Shown: positions 28,994-38,614, counted from the first letter of the stretch. The stretch: 64,000 nucleotides of DNA from Patescibacteria group bacterium (GCA_016861205.1 BOKX01000001.1:831835-895834), one strand, 5' to 3'. Translations and numbers: made by a program. The notes: generated from the letters alone by a model not told the origin.

Positions 28994-29401
28994 ATGTCAA
29001 ACTTCATCGCCCAAGCCGCACCTGCTAACCCATTTGGTAATGAGGGCATCGCTCCGGTCAGTCCCCGCTTTGAAGTTGACCTGAGTAGTGCTGAAGCAGC
29101 AAATGCCAGTTCTCTGAGCAATCTAGAGTTATTTATCTCACAACTAATTGGGTTTTTAACTGTCGGTGCCAGTCTCTTTTTCATCATTTACTTCATCATG
29201 GGCGCCTTCAAGTGGACCACTGCCGGTGGCGATAGTGGCAAAGTGCAAAAAGCCCGTGACCAGATGATTCAAGGCGCGATGGGCCTGATTTTGATTGTGG
29301 CTGCCTACAGCGTGATGGGTATCATCGGAACTGTCCTGGGTGTTGAAATCCTACAACCGGCCAATACGTTACGCAGTATCGTGGGACCAATCCAGAACTA
29401 A
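28994..29401 (+). CDS. VirB2/TrbC-like pilin
   Basis: GAFKWTTAGGDSGKVQKARDQMIQG between two TMs. Confidence 0.85.
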   Translation: MSNFIAQAAPANPFGNEGIAPVSPRFEVDLSSAEAANASSLSNLELFISQLIGFLTVGASLFFIIYFIMGAFKWTTAGGDSGKVQKARDQMIQGAMGLILIVAAYSVMGIIGTVLGVEILQPANTLRSIVGPIQN

Positions 29402-29402
29402 T

Positions 29403-29918
29403 ATGAAAAAACTAACTCACTTCCTGACTCGTTCCAGCCTAGTTTTAGCGGTAGTGGTGGCAACATTAAGCTTTGCAACCAAAGCTCAGGCGCAGTTTAC
29501 CAACTTCGCCGAGTGTTTGGCTAATGGTTACTCAGATGTTGAGTGCCAAGATATCATGAGTCGACAGGGTGGCATCACTAATCCAGCCATCGGTCAGCTT
29601 GGTAACGACGCCGCTGGCGCCAGCGATGGCAGCCTGTTTGTTGGCTACTTCATCACTCTTTGGCGAGCCCTCATCGTAGTTGGCGGCCTAGCCGTGGTTT
29701 ACTTCTTTATTTGGGGTGCTCTGCGCTGGATTCTGGCTGGTGGTGACGCTGGCAAAGTTCAAAAAGCTCGTGACCAAATCATCCAGGCTATTATCGGTAT
29801 GATCCTGCTGGTTAGTTCGTTTGTGATTATCGGCTTCGTCAGTCAATTGGTGTTTGGTGAAAACTTTGATATTCTTAACTTGACCCTGCCTCAAGCCGGG
29901 CAAAGCACAACCAATTAA
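29403..29918 (+). CDS. VirB2/TrbC-like pilin with signal peptide
   Basis: GALRWILAGGDAGKVQKARDQIIQA; start at MKKLTH. Confidence 0.85.
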   Translation: MKKLTHFLTRSSLVLAVVVATLSFATKAQAQFTNFAECLANGYSDVECQDIMSRQGGITNPAIGQLGNDAAGASDGSLFVGYFITLWRALIVVGGLAVVYFFIWGALRWILAGGDAGKVQKARDQIIQAIIGMILLVSSFVIIGFVSQLVFGENFDILNLTLPQAGQSTTN

Positions 29919-29919
29919 T

Positions 29920-30468
29920 ATGAAGATTGCCCAAGCCACCCTCAACTTTTATGAAGAAGCTGTTAACCAGCAACTTCCTGGCGTCACCGCTGCTGATATA
30001 GCAGCTGAGGATCGAGGTTTTGGCGCCTTGGTATCGCGGTTTTTTGGAGTGGCTTTGAGCGCAGCCAGTTTACTCCTGCTTTTCTATCTCGTTTGGGGTG
30101 CCATTGACTGGATGACCTCTGGCGGTGACAAAGGTAAAGTTGAAAAGGCCCGCAACAAGATTACCCAAGCCGTTATCGGACTGCTGGTATTATTGGCGTC
30201 AGTTGCCCTGATTACCTTGCTGCAAGGTTTCTTTAACTTTGAAGTGCTGCGGTTCAGTCAAAACACAACTCCCACAACCAATACTGTCAACTTGCCAGCT
30301 TTCTGTGATAACGATCCCTGTGCTACCGGATACACCTGTGATGAGAGTCGTGACAGATGTGTCCCGAGCTTAAATCAAACCCTACCTCAAACCTGTCGCA
30401 ACAATCCTTGTGGAACAGGCTATCGATGTGTGGAGAACCAAAACGGGTTCTCGTGTGTGCCGAATTAG
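29920..30468 (+). CDS. VirB2/TrbC-like pilin with C-terminal tandem Cys repeats
   Basis: GAIDWMTSGGDKGKVEKARNKITQA followed by two C-x3-PC-x-TGY-x-C repeats. Confidence 0.85.
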   Translation: MKIAQATLNFYEEAVNQQLPGVTAADIAAEDRGFGALVSRFFGVALSAASLLLLFYLVWGAIDWMTSGGDKGKVEKARNKITQAVIGLLVLLASVALITLLQGFFNFEVLRFSQNTTPTTNTVNLPAFCDNDPCATGYTCDESRDRCVPSLNQTLPQTCRNNPCGTGYRCVENQNGFSCVPN

Positions 30469-30503
30469 GTAAAAAACTTGTCTAAGCACGCCAGCAGCGG
30501 GGT

Positions 30504-30557
30504 TTGACTTGAAGAAAACAACAAACTATAATACTATTATTGAGTAAGCAAAAGGAG
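30504..30557 (+). promoter_or_regulatory. sigma70-type promoter and Shine-Dalgarno of the putative major pilin
   Basis: TTGACT (30504-30509), 17-nt spacer, TATAAT (30527-30532); AAGGAG (30552-30557) before the ATG at 30563. Confidence 0.8.
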
Positions 30558-30562
30558 CAATA

Positions 30563-30967
30563 ATGAAAAAGATTGTCCAAAAAGGTATTTCCGCTCTGGC
30601 TGGCGCCGCCGCCATTGCCCAGGCAGCTGCTGTGACTGTCAGTGCTGCAGCGATCACTGAGATTGATCCGCCCACCGCTTTCGTATCAGACATCGGTGTG
30701 TTGTTCAACAACATCTTAACTTTCGTCTTCATCATCGCCGCACTGCTGGTCTTCTTCTACCTCATCTGGGGTGGTATCGACTGGATCACTTCAGGTGGTG
30801 ACAAAGGTCAAACTGAAAAAGCTCGCAACAAAATCACCGCTGCTATCGTTGGTTTGATCGTGCTCTTGGCCTCATTCGCCATCTTGCAACTGGTGCTCCG
30901 CTTCTTCACTGGCGGCAGTGACCTGAACCAAATCTTGGATCAAAACGTTAACCAACGTTTGAACTAA
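30563..30967 (+). CDS. VirB2/TrbC-like pilin, probable major subunit
   Basis: Signal peptide, GGIDWITSGGDKGQTEKARNKITAA; has its own promoter, SD and terminator. Confidence 0.88.
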   Translation: MKKIVQKGISALAGAAAIAQAAAVTVSAAAITEIDPPTAFVSDIGVLFNNILTFVFIIAALLVFFYLIWGGIDWITSGGDKGQTEKARNKITAAIVGLIVLLASFAILQLVLRFFTGGSDLNQILDQNVNQRLN

Positions 30968-30987
30968 GAGTTTACACTTTGAACTTG

Positions 30988-31013
30988 AAACCCCCGCCAC
31001 TGGCGGGGGTTTT
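30988..31013 (+). terminator. intrinsic terminator
   Basis: AAACCCCCGCC-ACT-GGCGGGGGTTTT hairpin 20 nt after the pilin stop. Confidence 0.85.
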
Positions 31014-31045
31014 GGTTTCTCAGCACTAGGCAGTATAATATCGAC

Positions 31046-31621
31046 ATGCTCACGACACTTAAAACATCATTTGCTGTGTTACTAACTGTCCTTGGCCTGA
31101 GCTTGGCTACACCCGCTCTAGCCAGTGGTGAGTTGGTCGTCCAGCAAAATGGCGACGTGATGTATGTGACTACTGAAATTGATCCCGCCACTGGTGAGCA
31201 AGTCGTCGTCACTCGACCGGCCGATCCAGCTATTTCTGAGATTGATCCACCCACAGCCTTTGCCAGAGACATTGGTACCCTTATCAACAATGTGCTGACC
31301 TTCATTTTTATTGTCTGTTCACTGATGGTCTTTTTCTACCTGATTTGGGGCGGTTTGGACTGGATTACCTCTGGTGGTGATAAAGGCAAAACTGAGAAAG
31401 CCCGCAACAAAATGGTGGCGGCTATCGTTGGCTTAATTATCGTGTTGGCCTCGTATGCCGCGGTGAACTTAATTGTTCGCTTCTTCACTGCCAACTCACT
31501 CAACGAATTGCTGCAACAATTTTCATCAGGACCAGTTGAGGGTGAAACCCGCTTGACACCAGCAGTCACTCCTTCGCCAACTGGCTCACCCAAACCATCA
31601 CCATCAGCAACGTCTACCTAA
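31046..31621 (+). CDS. VirB2/TrbC-like pilin, close paralogue of 30563..30967
   Basis: Shares EIDPPTAF...DWITSGGDKG.TEKARNK...RFFT; P/S/T tail. Confidence 0.85.
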   Translation: MLTTLKTSFAVLLTVLGLSLATPALASGELVVQQNGDVMYVTTEIDPATGEQVVVTRPADPAISEIDPPTAFARDIGTLINNVLTFIFIVCSLMVFFYLIWGGLDWITSGGDKGKTEKARNKMVAAIVGLIIVLASYAAVNLIVRFFTANSLNELLQQFSSGPVEGETRLTPAVTPSPTGSPKPSPSATST

Positions 31622-31656
31622 AAACTTGTGAAGGACTGTCAAACATAAGGTATACT

Positions 31657-32091
31657 ATGCACATGTCACATCGCCGTTGGTTGCCTCGAGTTTTAGTCAT
31701 CCTCAGTTTGTTTGTATGGTTGGTAGCTATGCCTGTCCAGGCTCAAGCCCAGGGCGGCACCTGGTCGGGCGTCTGTGTAGCCAGTGATATCGGCTACGAT
31801 GACGTGGCTACTATTCAAGGTGTACAGTGTTTGATTGCCAACATTTTATCCGTGGCCATTAGCTTGATCGGGATGGCTGGGTTTGTGATGATGTTGATCG
31901 GCAGCTTCCGCTACATTATCTCTGGTGGCAACTCCAAGGGCGCTGATGCTGCTCGCAACACCATCACTTTTGCAGTGGTGGGACTGGCCGTGGCTCTGAG
32001 TGCCTTCATCGTCCTCAATCTGATTGCCGCCTTCACCGGCGTTCAAACAATCAAAGTTTTCCAGATTCCGAACTCATCAACTGGGTTATAA
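31657..32091 (+). CDS. VirB2/TrbC-like pilin with signal peptide
   Basis: GSFRYIISGGNSKGADAARNTITFA between two TMs; true start may be 31663. Confidence 0.85.
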   Translation: MHMSHRRWLPRVLVILSLFVWLVAMPVQAQAQGGTWSGVCVASDIGYDDVATIQGVQCLIANILSVAISLIGMAGFVMMLIGSFRYIISGGNSKGADAARNTITFAVVGLAVALSAFIVLNLIAAFTGVQTIKVFQIPNSSTGL

Positions 32092-32098
32092 TACCCAC

Positions 32099-35000
32099 AT
32101 GCAGCATTTCCTGCTCAGGTTAGCTCGCGCAATTGGTGGAGTGGCATTTATTTTTGCCCTGAGCGCTCGGCCCGTGTTTGCTCAAGGCGTTCCTAATAAT
32201 GGCTGTGGTTCAACCAATATTACTGAGTACGTGGCCCCCCGCAACCCGGGTGGCTTGATCGGCTCATCTTCCGTTGGTGAAGGATATGAGTACTACGGTA
32301 ACGTTGCTAATCGAGTCGAGTGGGTAAACGGTGACACGTTCAAACAAATTTCCAATGACATTCACTTCTTGTACCGAGTTGGCAGTAGTCACATTAACTT
32401 CCTGCAAGACACTATCTGGAATCCTTTCACCTGTGACGGCAGTCAGCTTGATGCCATGTACCGTGTTTACCAAAATGATAATGGTCGTACTCCCCAACTA
32501 GGTGGCGCAGCAGCTGATGCGGGCAACTGGGGAGCGCGCTTCTTGGCTAACACCATGAGTTGTGGACAAACTGTCAGCAGTACTTCGTACATCCGTGGTT
32601 ACTCCACACCAGCCGATATTGAAACCAATCCTTTGCGCGACATTAGTGCCAATGAGTGTCGCGTCGGCAACTACACACTTACTACTGTTACCAACACATA
32701 CCAGCTGATTTTCCAAGGTGAGGCCACCTGTAATGACAAAAACACCGGGGTCAACGGCGAACCCCTCGAGGTAATTGCGATTACTATCACCGGTGGGGCC
32801 GGCGCCGGCGAAGTCGATGTGTACTGTAAAGGCTACGGTTTGTGTGCTTTTTACCAATCACTTGACTTCAGCGACCCTGATAACAATCCTGCCAACTGGA
32901 CGGCTGAGACCGATGTCTGTCACCTGAAAGGTGGCAAAACGAGAGCACCCTACTACCTGTACCCCATCAATGGCTTAAACAAATCCACCAACTTAGGTTC
33001 AATTTCTGACATTCAACAAAGCCTGGTCAATCAGGGTTATGAGGTGCAGTGCACTACCCCTCAGTTTTACATCAATGCCAAAACCGGCGGTGACCTCGAG
33101 CGCTTTTTCGACCTCGGCGGCTCTACCGTGGTCTCGCTCGATCCCAAACTCATCTACAACTTTGACCAAGCTCGCTACCCGCTGTTCCGCAAGGGCACCG
33201 GCGGCAGCTCCACCAGCAACTCGAGTTCGGGCAGTAGTAACGACACCGGCGGAAAGGGCGTCCTGGAGTCACTAGAAAATTACTTTGGTTTTATCGACAC
33301 CGACACCACTGATGTTGAAAGTGACGAGATGCGGCTGGAACAGGCTATCAAGTCAGCCCCAATTTACAGTTTGTTGAGTCTAGAAGACCAATGTATACAA
33401 AAAATTAAACTGCTAGAAACAATTCAGGTCATGTGTGAAAAGCTGGATGACCCCAGCAAATGTGCTCTGTACAAATCAATTCCCAACACTAACTTTAACA
33501 CTGAGCCCACTGGGTCGGCCTCACTGCTCGGCACCTTTAACGAGCGTGGCTATAGTTGTGCGCAACTCTTTGGCGGCGGTCCTGAGCGACTGCAAGTGAT
33601 TGGAGCGGATGTGATCGCTTTAAAGGAAGCCATCACTAACTTGCCACTCTACCTCGACAAGGCCTATCGTTTAGCTTTCTTGGTGATCACTTCAGAGCTC
33701 TGGCCACAACGCAACCAGCTCGATTTCTTCACTTTTTTGCGCGCCCGCGATAAATCAGGCGAAAAGCACGAGGTCAAAGTTCTGGCTTTCCGAATTCCCG
33801 ACATTGGCACCAACAAGGATTACAACAGCGACATCTTTTATACTGATCCCTTACAGTTGACCCGTGACACCCTCTTAAATAAGGAACTGCAAGATCAAGC
33901 TAAGGAAAAGCTGTTGCTTGAGCGGCAAAGCGACATCGAAGGCCTGGCGGCAGGTGACTACACCTTCTGCGGAGACGGCTGTCCAGTCCTCTGCCAAGAC
34001 CCAGAGTGTTCATCACTCCAAGATCCGTTGGCCATCAGTCTAGCTCGCCTCGTTAACCATGAAGGTAAAGTCTGTAGTGTTGATGCAGATGACCTGAAGG
34101 CAGAGGATGTTTTCACCATCACCGATAAAGTCGGTTTACAACAAACCGATGGTAACGTACTAAAACCCGACCAGTATCGTCAAGTCGCTGACTTGTTCAA
34201 AAGTAACGAGGCAAATGGCGTGGCTTCTAGCCCAAGCCAAGCGCGCTTCAACTTCTTCTCAAACATCCGTATTCAGCGAAATGTAACGGGCAACGGTTCT
34301 CCAGCAGTGCGAGCTTATCTGGTGTATCCGGTCGGAGCCGAGTTGAGTTCTGTTGAAGACACCTTATTGGGGTTAATCATGACTCCTGAACAAGTCACTG
34401 CCTACAAGAGCAACCCTGATCTCTTGAAGTACTTCCCCATGGAAAATACCGAGCCAAAGCTTGATTCCTCCAAACCCCAGGTCGGCTTCCGTGACCCAGC
34501 TTGTATCCCCACCCTTGACGGGAAGGGTTGCCAAAAGAATGTGGAAGCTTACGTCGAAGCTGAACCCAAAGACCAAAACTTTGTACGAGTACTTGGAGGT
34601 GTGCTGGGTTCAACTATTCGCACCTTGCAACAGTCGCTCTATTCGCTCGGAAGTCTGCAGTACAAGTTCATCACCAGCTGCAAAACGACTGAAGACTACC
34701 TCCTCGGTCGCTGTAAACCGGCTGACGATGATACCAATGACCCTTCGTCTCCAGTTGCTCCTACCGAAGGCATGTACTGTATTGACTGGGAAGTTGATGC
34801 CAGTCGAGCTGATGAGATCAAAGCGGCAGCTCGCAATGCCTTGACCACTCAATATCCTTACAATTTTGTCCAACCCGGTAGTCCTGGCCGCAACGGCAAC
34901 CAGTATCAGGATGAGCGCTATCAGGAACTGCTGGGCCAAAATCACGTTCGGTGGGATGGCTCAGTTATTCGGCCCGAAGAAATCAATCGGATGGAAAACT

Positions 35001-35401
35001 TCTATGGCGGTGGCCGAGCTTTGCTGTGGACCGTCAGCGACCAGTGTGAAGGCCAAGTCTGTTTCGACTATATCTTGGACAGGTGTGCCGCCGCGGGCTT
35101 TAACCCTGCCCTGTGTGTGGCCATGAACTTCAGTGAAAGTGGTGGCTCAAACCAAATTCGCTTCGGCGGCAGTTACGACTTCGGGTGTCTCCTAGCCGAG
35201 ACTAACAATGTTCAGTCTGGTCTAAATTGCTTGATCAATCGATTCTTTGTTCATCAGAGCGGCAAGGATTACAATGGCATGTTTGTCCGCTTCGCCGGGT
35301 ATGGACTCGACTCTCCCAGTTACCAAAAAATCCGCCAGTACTACACTGAGTTGACGGCTGGTTTATCAGACCCGGGAATTAGTGACGGGGCGTGCCAGTA
35401 G
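32099..35401 (+). CDS. large exported Cys-rich protein with probable C-terminal lysozyme-like domain
   Basis: Signal peptide (PVFA/Q), many Cys, C-terminal AGFNPALCVAMNFSESGG...FGC; TATAAT 6 nt before the ATG. Confidence 0.75.
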   Translation: MQHFLLRLARAIGGVAFIFALSARPVFAQGVPNNGCGSTNITEYVAPRNPGGLIGSSSVGEGYEYYGNVANRVEWVNGDTFKQISNDIHFLYRVGSSHINFLQDTIWNPFTCDGSQLDAMYRVYQNDNGRTPQLGGAAADAGNWGARFLANTMSCGQTVSSTSYIRGYSTPADIETNPLRDISANECRVGNYTLTTVTNTYQLIFQGEATCNDKNTGVNGEPLEVIAITITGGAGAGEVDVYCKGYGLCAFYQSLDFSDPDNNPANWTAETDVCHLKGGKTRAPYYLYPINGLNKSTNLGSISDIQQSLVNQGYEVQCTTPQFYINAKTGGDLERFFDLGGSTVVSLDPKLIYNFDQARYPLFRKGTGGSSTSNSSSGSSNDTGGKGVLESLENYFGFIDTDTTDVESDEMRLEQAIKSAPIYSLLSLEDQCIQKIKLLETIQVMCEKLDDPSKCALYKSIPNTNFNTEPTGSASLLGTFNERGYSCAQLFGGGPERLQVIGADVIALKEAITNLPLYLDKAYRLAFLVITSELWPQRNQLDFFTFLRARDKSGEKHEVKVLAFRIPDIGTNKDYNSDIFYTDPLQLTRDTLLNKELQDQAKEKLLLERQSDIEGLAAGDYTFCGDGCPVLCQDPECSSLQDPLAISLARLVNHEGKVCSVDADDLKAEDVFTITDKVGLQQTDGNVLKPDQYRQVADLFKSNEANGVASSPSQARFNFFSNIRIQRNVTGNGSPAVRAYLVYPVGAELSSVEDTLLGLIMTPEQVTAYKSNPDLLKYFPMENTEPKLDSSKPQVGFRDPACIPTLDGKGCQKNVEAYVEAEPKDQNFVRVLGGVLGSTIRTLQQSLYSLGSLQYKFITSCKTTEDYLLGRCKPADDDTNDPSSPVAPTEGMYCIDWEVDASRADEIKAAARNALTTQYPYNFVQPGSPGRNGNQYQDERYQELLGQNHVRWDGSVIRPEEINRMENFYGGGRALLWTVSDQCEGQVCFDYILDRCAAAGFNPALCVAMNFSESGGSNQIRFGGSYDFGCLLAETNNVQSGLNCLINRFFVHQSGKDYNGMFVRFAGYGLDSPSYQKIRQYYTELTAGLSDPGISDGACQ

Positions 35402-35416
35402 TTACTTCGATCCTAG

Positions 35417-35500
35417 CTATTTATTGCTTCTAATCGAAAACCACGCAGCAATTCCAGCCATGACTGCTACCCCGATCATGAGAAAGAGATTTTTCTCCAT
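35417..35500 (-). CDS. 27-aa hydrophobic microprotein (MEKNLFLMIGVAVMAGIAAWFSIRSNK)
   Basis: Read by hand; ATG 1 nt after the stop of 35502..35699; single TM. Confidence 0.5.
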   Translation of the reverse strand: MEKNLFLMIGVAVMAGIAAWFSIRSNK

Positions 35501-35501
35501 A

Positions 35502-35699
35502 CTAAACATCCTTTGCCAAAAAATAGGTGATTAGTAAAAGGATACCATAAACAGAAAGACCTACGATTACATGAGACCATTCCTCTTGAACCCAAATATT
35601 GTTTAGTACCATCCCACCTAAGAAAATGTTAGCTGAATCCATGAGTTTGCCGGCTAAGTGCTTGCACTGAGACTTCGTGAAGTGTTCCTTTTTTACCAT
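35502..35699 (-). CDS. small two-TM hypothetical protein
   Basis: 65 aa, AT-rich codons, fills the gap between flanking genes. Confidence 0.6.
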   Translation of the reverse strand: MVKKEHFTKSQCKHLAGKLMDSANIFLGGMVLNNIWVQEEWSHVIVGLSVYGILLLITYFLAKDV

Positions 35700-35754
35700 G
35701 GGATCAGTTTAGCTCACCAAGCTTGCGTCAGGCCGTAACTCCCAAAAAATGGTT

Positions 35755-36780
35755 TTACTTCAACTGACTTGGGTGGTAATCTAAACTGCCCGGCTGAGGT
35801 TCCTCAGCGTTTTTGGGTTTCTTTTTGGCAGGTTTGGCTGGTGTCTTGGTGACTTCGCCGCTCGAACTAGAAACTGCAGCGACCTTATTTGGCGTGGTTT
35901 CCTCTGGTAGTTCAGCCTCAGACTCGCCCATAACTTGGTTCTTTTGAGCCATAGCTTTCACAAAGAGATTCGTGTCAGATTTGGCTGAGAGTGACGGTGT
36001 GGGACTGGGTAGATTTTTACTACTGGCAACAGCACTCGCACCTGGCCGACGCATCCGCCTAGCTCCGAATCGCATCAGTCTGGCTACGGTCTCAAACGTC
36101 TCAGCTGTCGTTCCGAGTGATTTAAAGTTTTCCGTTTGATCTTCAATAGCCGCTAATAAATTGGTCGCTACTTCACTACTCAGTTGGATTCCCATGCCGG
36201 TCAACAACTGCGCCATACCTTCACTAATACAGCTACTACCGGCTGTGTTCAGTTTCAGGTTGCCGAAACTAACTTCATAGTTGTGCAGACTGATCAAACT
36301 GGTAGTTTGAAACAACTCTTCATACCCCACATACAGCTGGTCCAAAGACTCCAAATCATTGACTCCCACGGTGATCAACAAGTCTGCTTCAGCTCCGGTG
36401 TACATCATACTAACTTGGTCCATTGGTAAGGGGCGCACGCCTGGCTGAGGTTTAATCACTAAGTGAAAGAACTCCTGACTATCATCAATGTGGTAACTCA
36501 CTTTATCAACTTGGCTGGCTTGGTAAGGAAATGAAATCTGCAGGTCTTTATTGCCTAGCTCGTGCTGGATCTGGTCAGTACCCACCAAGAGTGCCAAGTC
36601 AGCAGCGGGCTGCGAAGGGGCTAGGAGTGTTACATCTTTGCCCTGCTCCCGCCAACTCAGGTATAGGCTGGTAGCGGCCGCAACCTGATCAAATGTTGCT
36701 TTGGACGACAAGAAAACCAAGATGGTTTTGGCCGAAGCAGAAATCTCCCCGAGTTGGGTAATCTGGTCAGGTGTAATCAT
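35755..36780 (-). CDS. DHH/NrnA-like protein with degenerate catalytic motifs
   Basis: Fold cues DLLITVG, SSCISE, ATNLLAAIEDQTENFK, TFETVARLMRFGAR; DHH replaced by SLHN. Confidence 0.7.
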   Translation of the reverse strand: MITPDQITQLGEISASAKTILVFLSSKATFDQVAAATSLYLSWREQGKDVTLLAPSQPAADLALLVGTDQIQHELGNKDLQISFPYQASQVDKVSYHIDDSQEFFHLVIKPQPGVRPLPMDQVSMMYTGAEADLLITVGVNDLESLDQLYVGYEELFQTTSLISLHNYEVSFGNLKLNTAGSSCISEGMAQLLTGMGIQLSSEVATNLLAAIEDQTENFKSLGTTAETFETVARLMRFGARRMRRPGASAVASSKNLPSPTPSLSAKSDTNLFVKAMAQKNQVMGESEAELPEETTPNKVAAVSSSSGEVTKTPAKPAKKKPKNAEEPQPGSLDYHPSQLK

Positions 36781-36919
36781 ATGGGCTTTCTAAGAGGCGG
36801 TTTGTCCGCTCTTCGGCAGGTATAGAGAACCATACACCAGCAAGTCTGGCAACTCAAGGCGTATCTGTGATTCCAGTCTCTTCACAAGGCGAGAAGTTTG
36901 GTACAATAGCGGTTGCATC

Positions 36920-38614
36920 ATGAAAAAAATCTCCTCCGGATTGATGCTAGCTTTTGTGTTCCTAATTGCGTTAACTGTGAGCGTGGTGTCATTGGCGAAG
37001 CCAGTGTCTGCCCAAACGCTTGGTCCTGAGTGTGAAACCGATGCCGACTGTGGTCCATCCACCGAAGGCCTGATCATTCGTTGTGAGGCGATTGGTGCCA
37101 GTGGCACCAGAACCTGCGTAGACCGAACACCTCGGAGGGGCAACATCCCGGAGTTGGTCGAGTACGATGAAGGCAAAACTGCTGGTGAGGCCGGTGACGT
37201 TAACCAAGCTTTTAATATAAACCAAACCTTAACTTGGGTCCAAGCCGGAATTATCGACTCAGTGCTGACTGACCCCAACAGTTTGGCCCAGTCCATGACC
37301 AAAGCCATCGCCTACATGTACGGCGATCCCCCAGCCTCTACCGATCGCTACGTGGCCTATGTCCTTGACTCAGCACACATTGTGCCTCAGGCTTACGCCC
37401 AAGGCTTAGGCTTTTCGTCACTCAGTCCTGTTTTAGATGCCTGGCGCACCTTCCGCAACATCGCCTACTTTTTCTTTGTGCTGATTTTCTTGGTGATTGG
37501 CTTCATGATCATGTTCCGATACCGGATTGGTCAGACGGCCATTACCGCCCAACAAGCTATCCCCCGGATTATCATCGCACTGTTAACAGTCACTTTTTCT
37601 TACGCCATCGCCGGACTGCTCGTCGATGTCATGTACCTGGTGATGTTCCTGTTAATTGGCGTGTTCGGCGTCAGTCAAGGCGACTTTTTGACCGTTGGCC
37701 CTGTTGAACTTGGAGCGGCCCTGATTACTGGCGGCGGTGATGCTGGCCGTCAAGCAGCCGAGGAAATCGTAACTGCGCTACTGGGTGGTGGAGTGGTAGC
37801 TGATGCCCTGGGCATCACTAGTGGCTTGATGGCTGGCGTAGTCGTGGCCGTGGCCATTGCCATTGGTATTTTCCGAGTTTTCTTCTCACTGCTGCGCACG
37901 TACGTCAGTTTGATCGTCTCGATCGCCACAGCACCAGTGGTGTTGATGCTGGGTGCTATTCCAGGTCGCAATGTTTTTAAACCTTGGTTCATGGGTATCG
38001 TCGGCAACCTGTCGGCTTTTCCGATTGTGCTGATTTTCTTGATTTTGTTTGACAAACTAACTGGTGGCGTCACCGGTGGCAGCGCTTCAGTTCAACAAGG
38101 TGGCTTCACTCCACCCTACTTATTTGGGGCGAGTGGAGCTGGTATTATTCCCCTGGCGCTCGGCTTGGGTGGCATATTAGTGCTCGAAAAAATTATCGAA
38201 GAAGGCAAAAAAGCCATGGGTGCCAAAGGCGGTCTGTTCGAACAGTACGCCGGCGCGCTCAGCGACTCAGTCAAGAGAGGCTGGAAGGGTGGGGAGCTGG
38301 TACCAGGGCTTGGGTTTACTAACACTGCCAAATACGGCCTTAGTGGCCAAAGTCTTGCTCGGACCGGAGCTGTGGCTGGAGCTGGATTGGCAGCCCTCCC
38401 TGGCGCTGCCCTCAACTACATGGGTACAGCCGTTCGAACACAAGGTTCGAGTGCGGCTTCAGCTGAAGCTGGTCTGGGTAACATCCGTGCTGCCATGCGA
38501 ACTGCTGCTGACGCCACCGGCTCTGGCTTTATGAAGGGTGACCGCGAGAAACGCAAGAAGGTCTCCTGGGTTGATATCGCGCGCAAGCGTCAGGCTTATC
38601 GACAAGAGAAGTAA
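36920..38614 (+). CDS. VirB6/TrbL-like polytopic membrane protein
   Basis: Signal peptide, WRTFRNIAYFFFVLIFLVIGFMIMFR, PRIIIALLTVTFSYAIAGLLVD, multiple TMs; T4SS context. Confidence 0.78.
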   Translation: MKKISSGLMLAFVFLIALTVSVVSLAKPVSAQTLGPECETDADCGPSTEGLIIRCEAIGASGTRTCVDRTPRRGNIPELVEYDEGKTAGEAGDVNQAFNINQTLTWVQAGIIDSVLTDPNSLAQSMTKAIAYMYGDPPASTDRYVAYVLDSAHIVPQAYAQGLGFSSLSPVLDAWRTFRNIAYFFFVLIFLVIGFMIMFRYRIGQTAITAQQAIPRIIIALLTVTFSYAIAGLLVDVMYLVMFLLIGVFGVSQGDFLTVGPVELGAALITGGGDAGRQAAEEIVTALLGGGVVADALGITSGLMAGVVVAVAIAIGIFRVFFSLLRTYVSLIVSIATAPVVLMLGAIPGRNVFKPWFMGIVGNLSAFPIVLIFLILFDKLTGGVTGGSASVQQGGFTPPYLFGASGAGIIPLALGLGGILVLEKIIEEGKKAMGAKGGLFEQYAGALSDSVKRGWKGGELVPGLGFTNTAKYGLSGQSLARTGAVAGAGLAALPGAALNYMGTAVRTQGSSAASAEAGLGNIRAAMRTAADATGSGFMKGDREKRKKVSWVDIARKRQAYRQEK

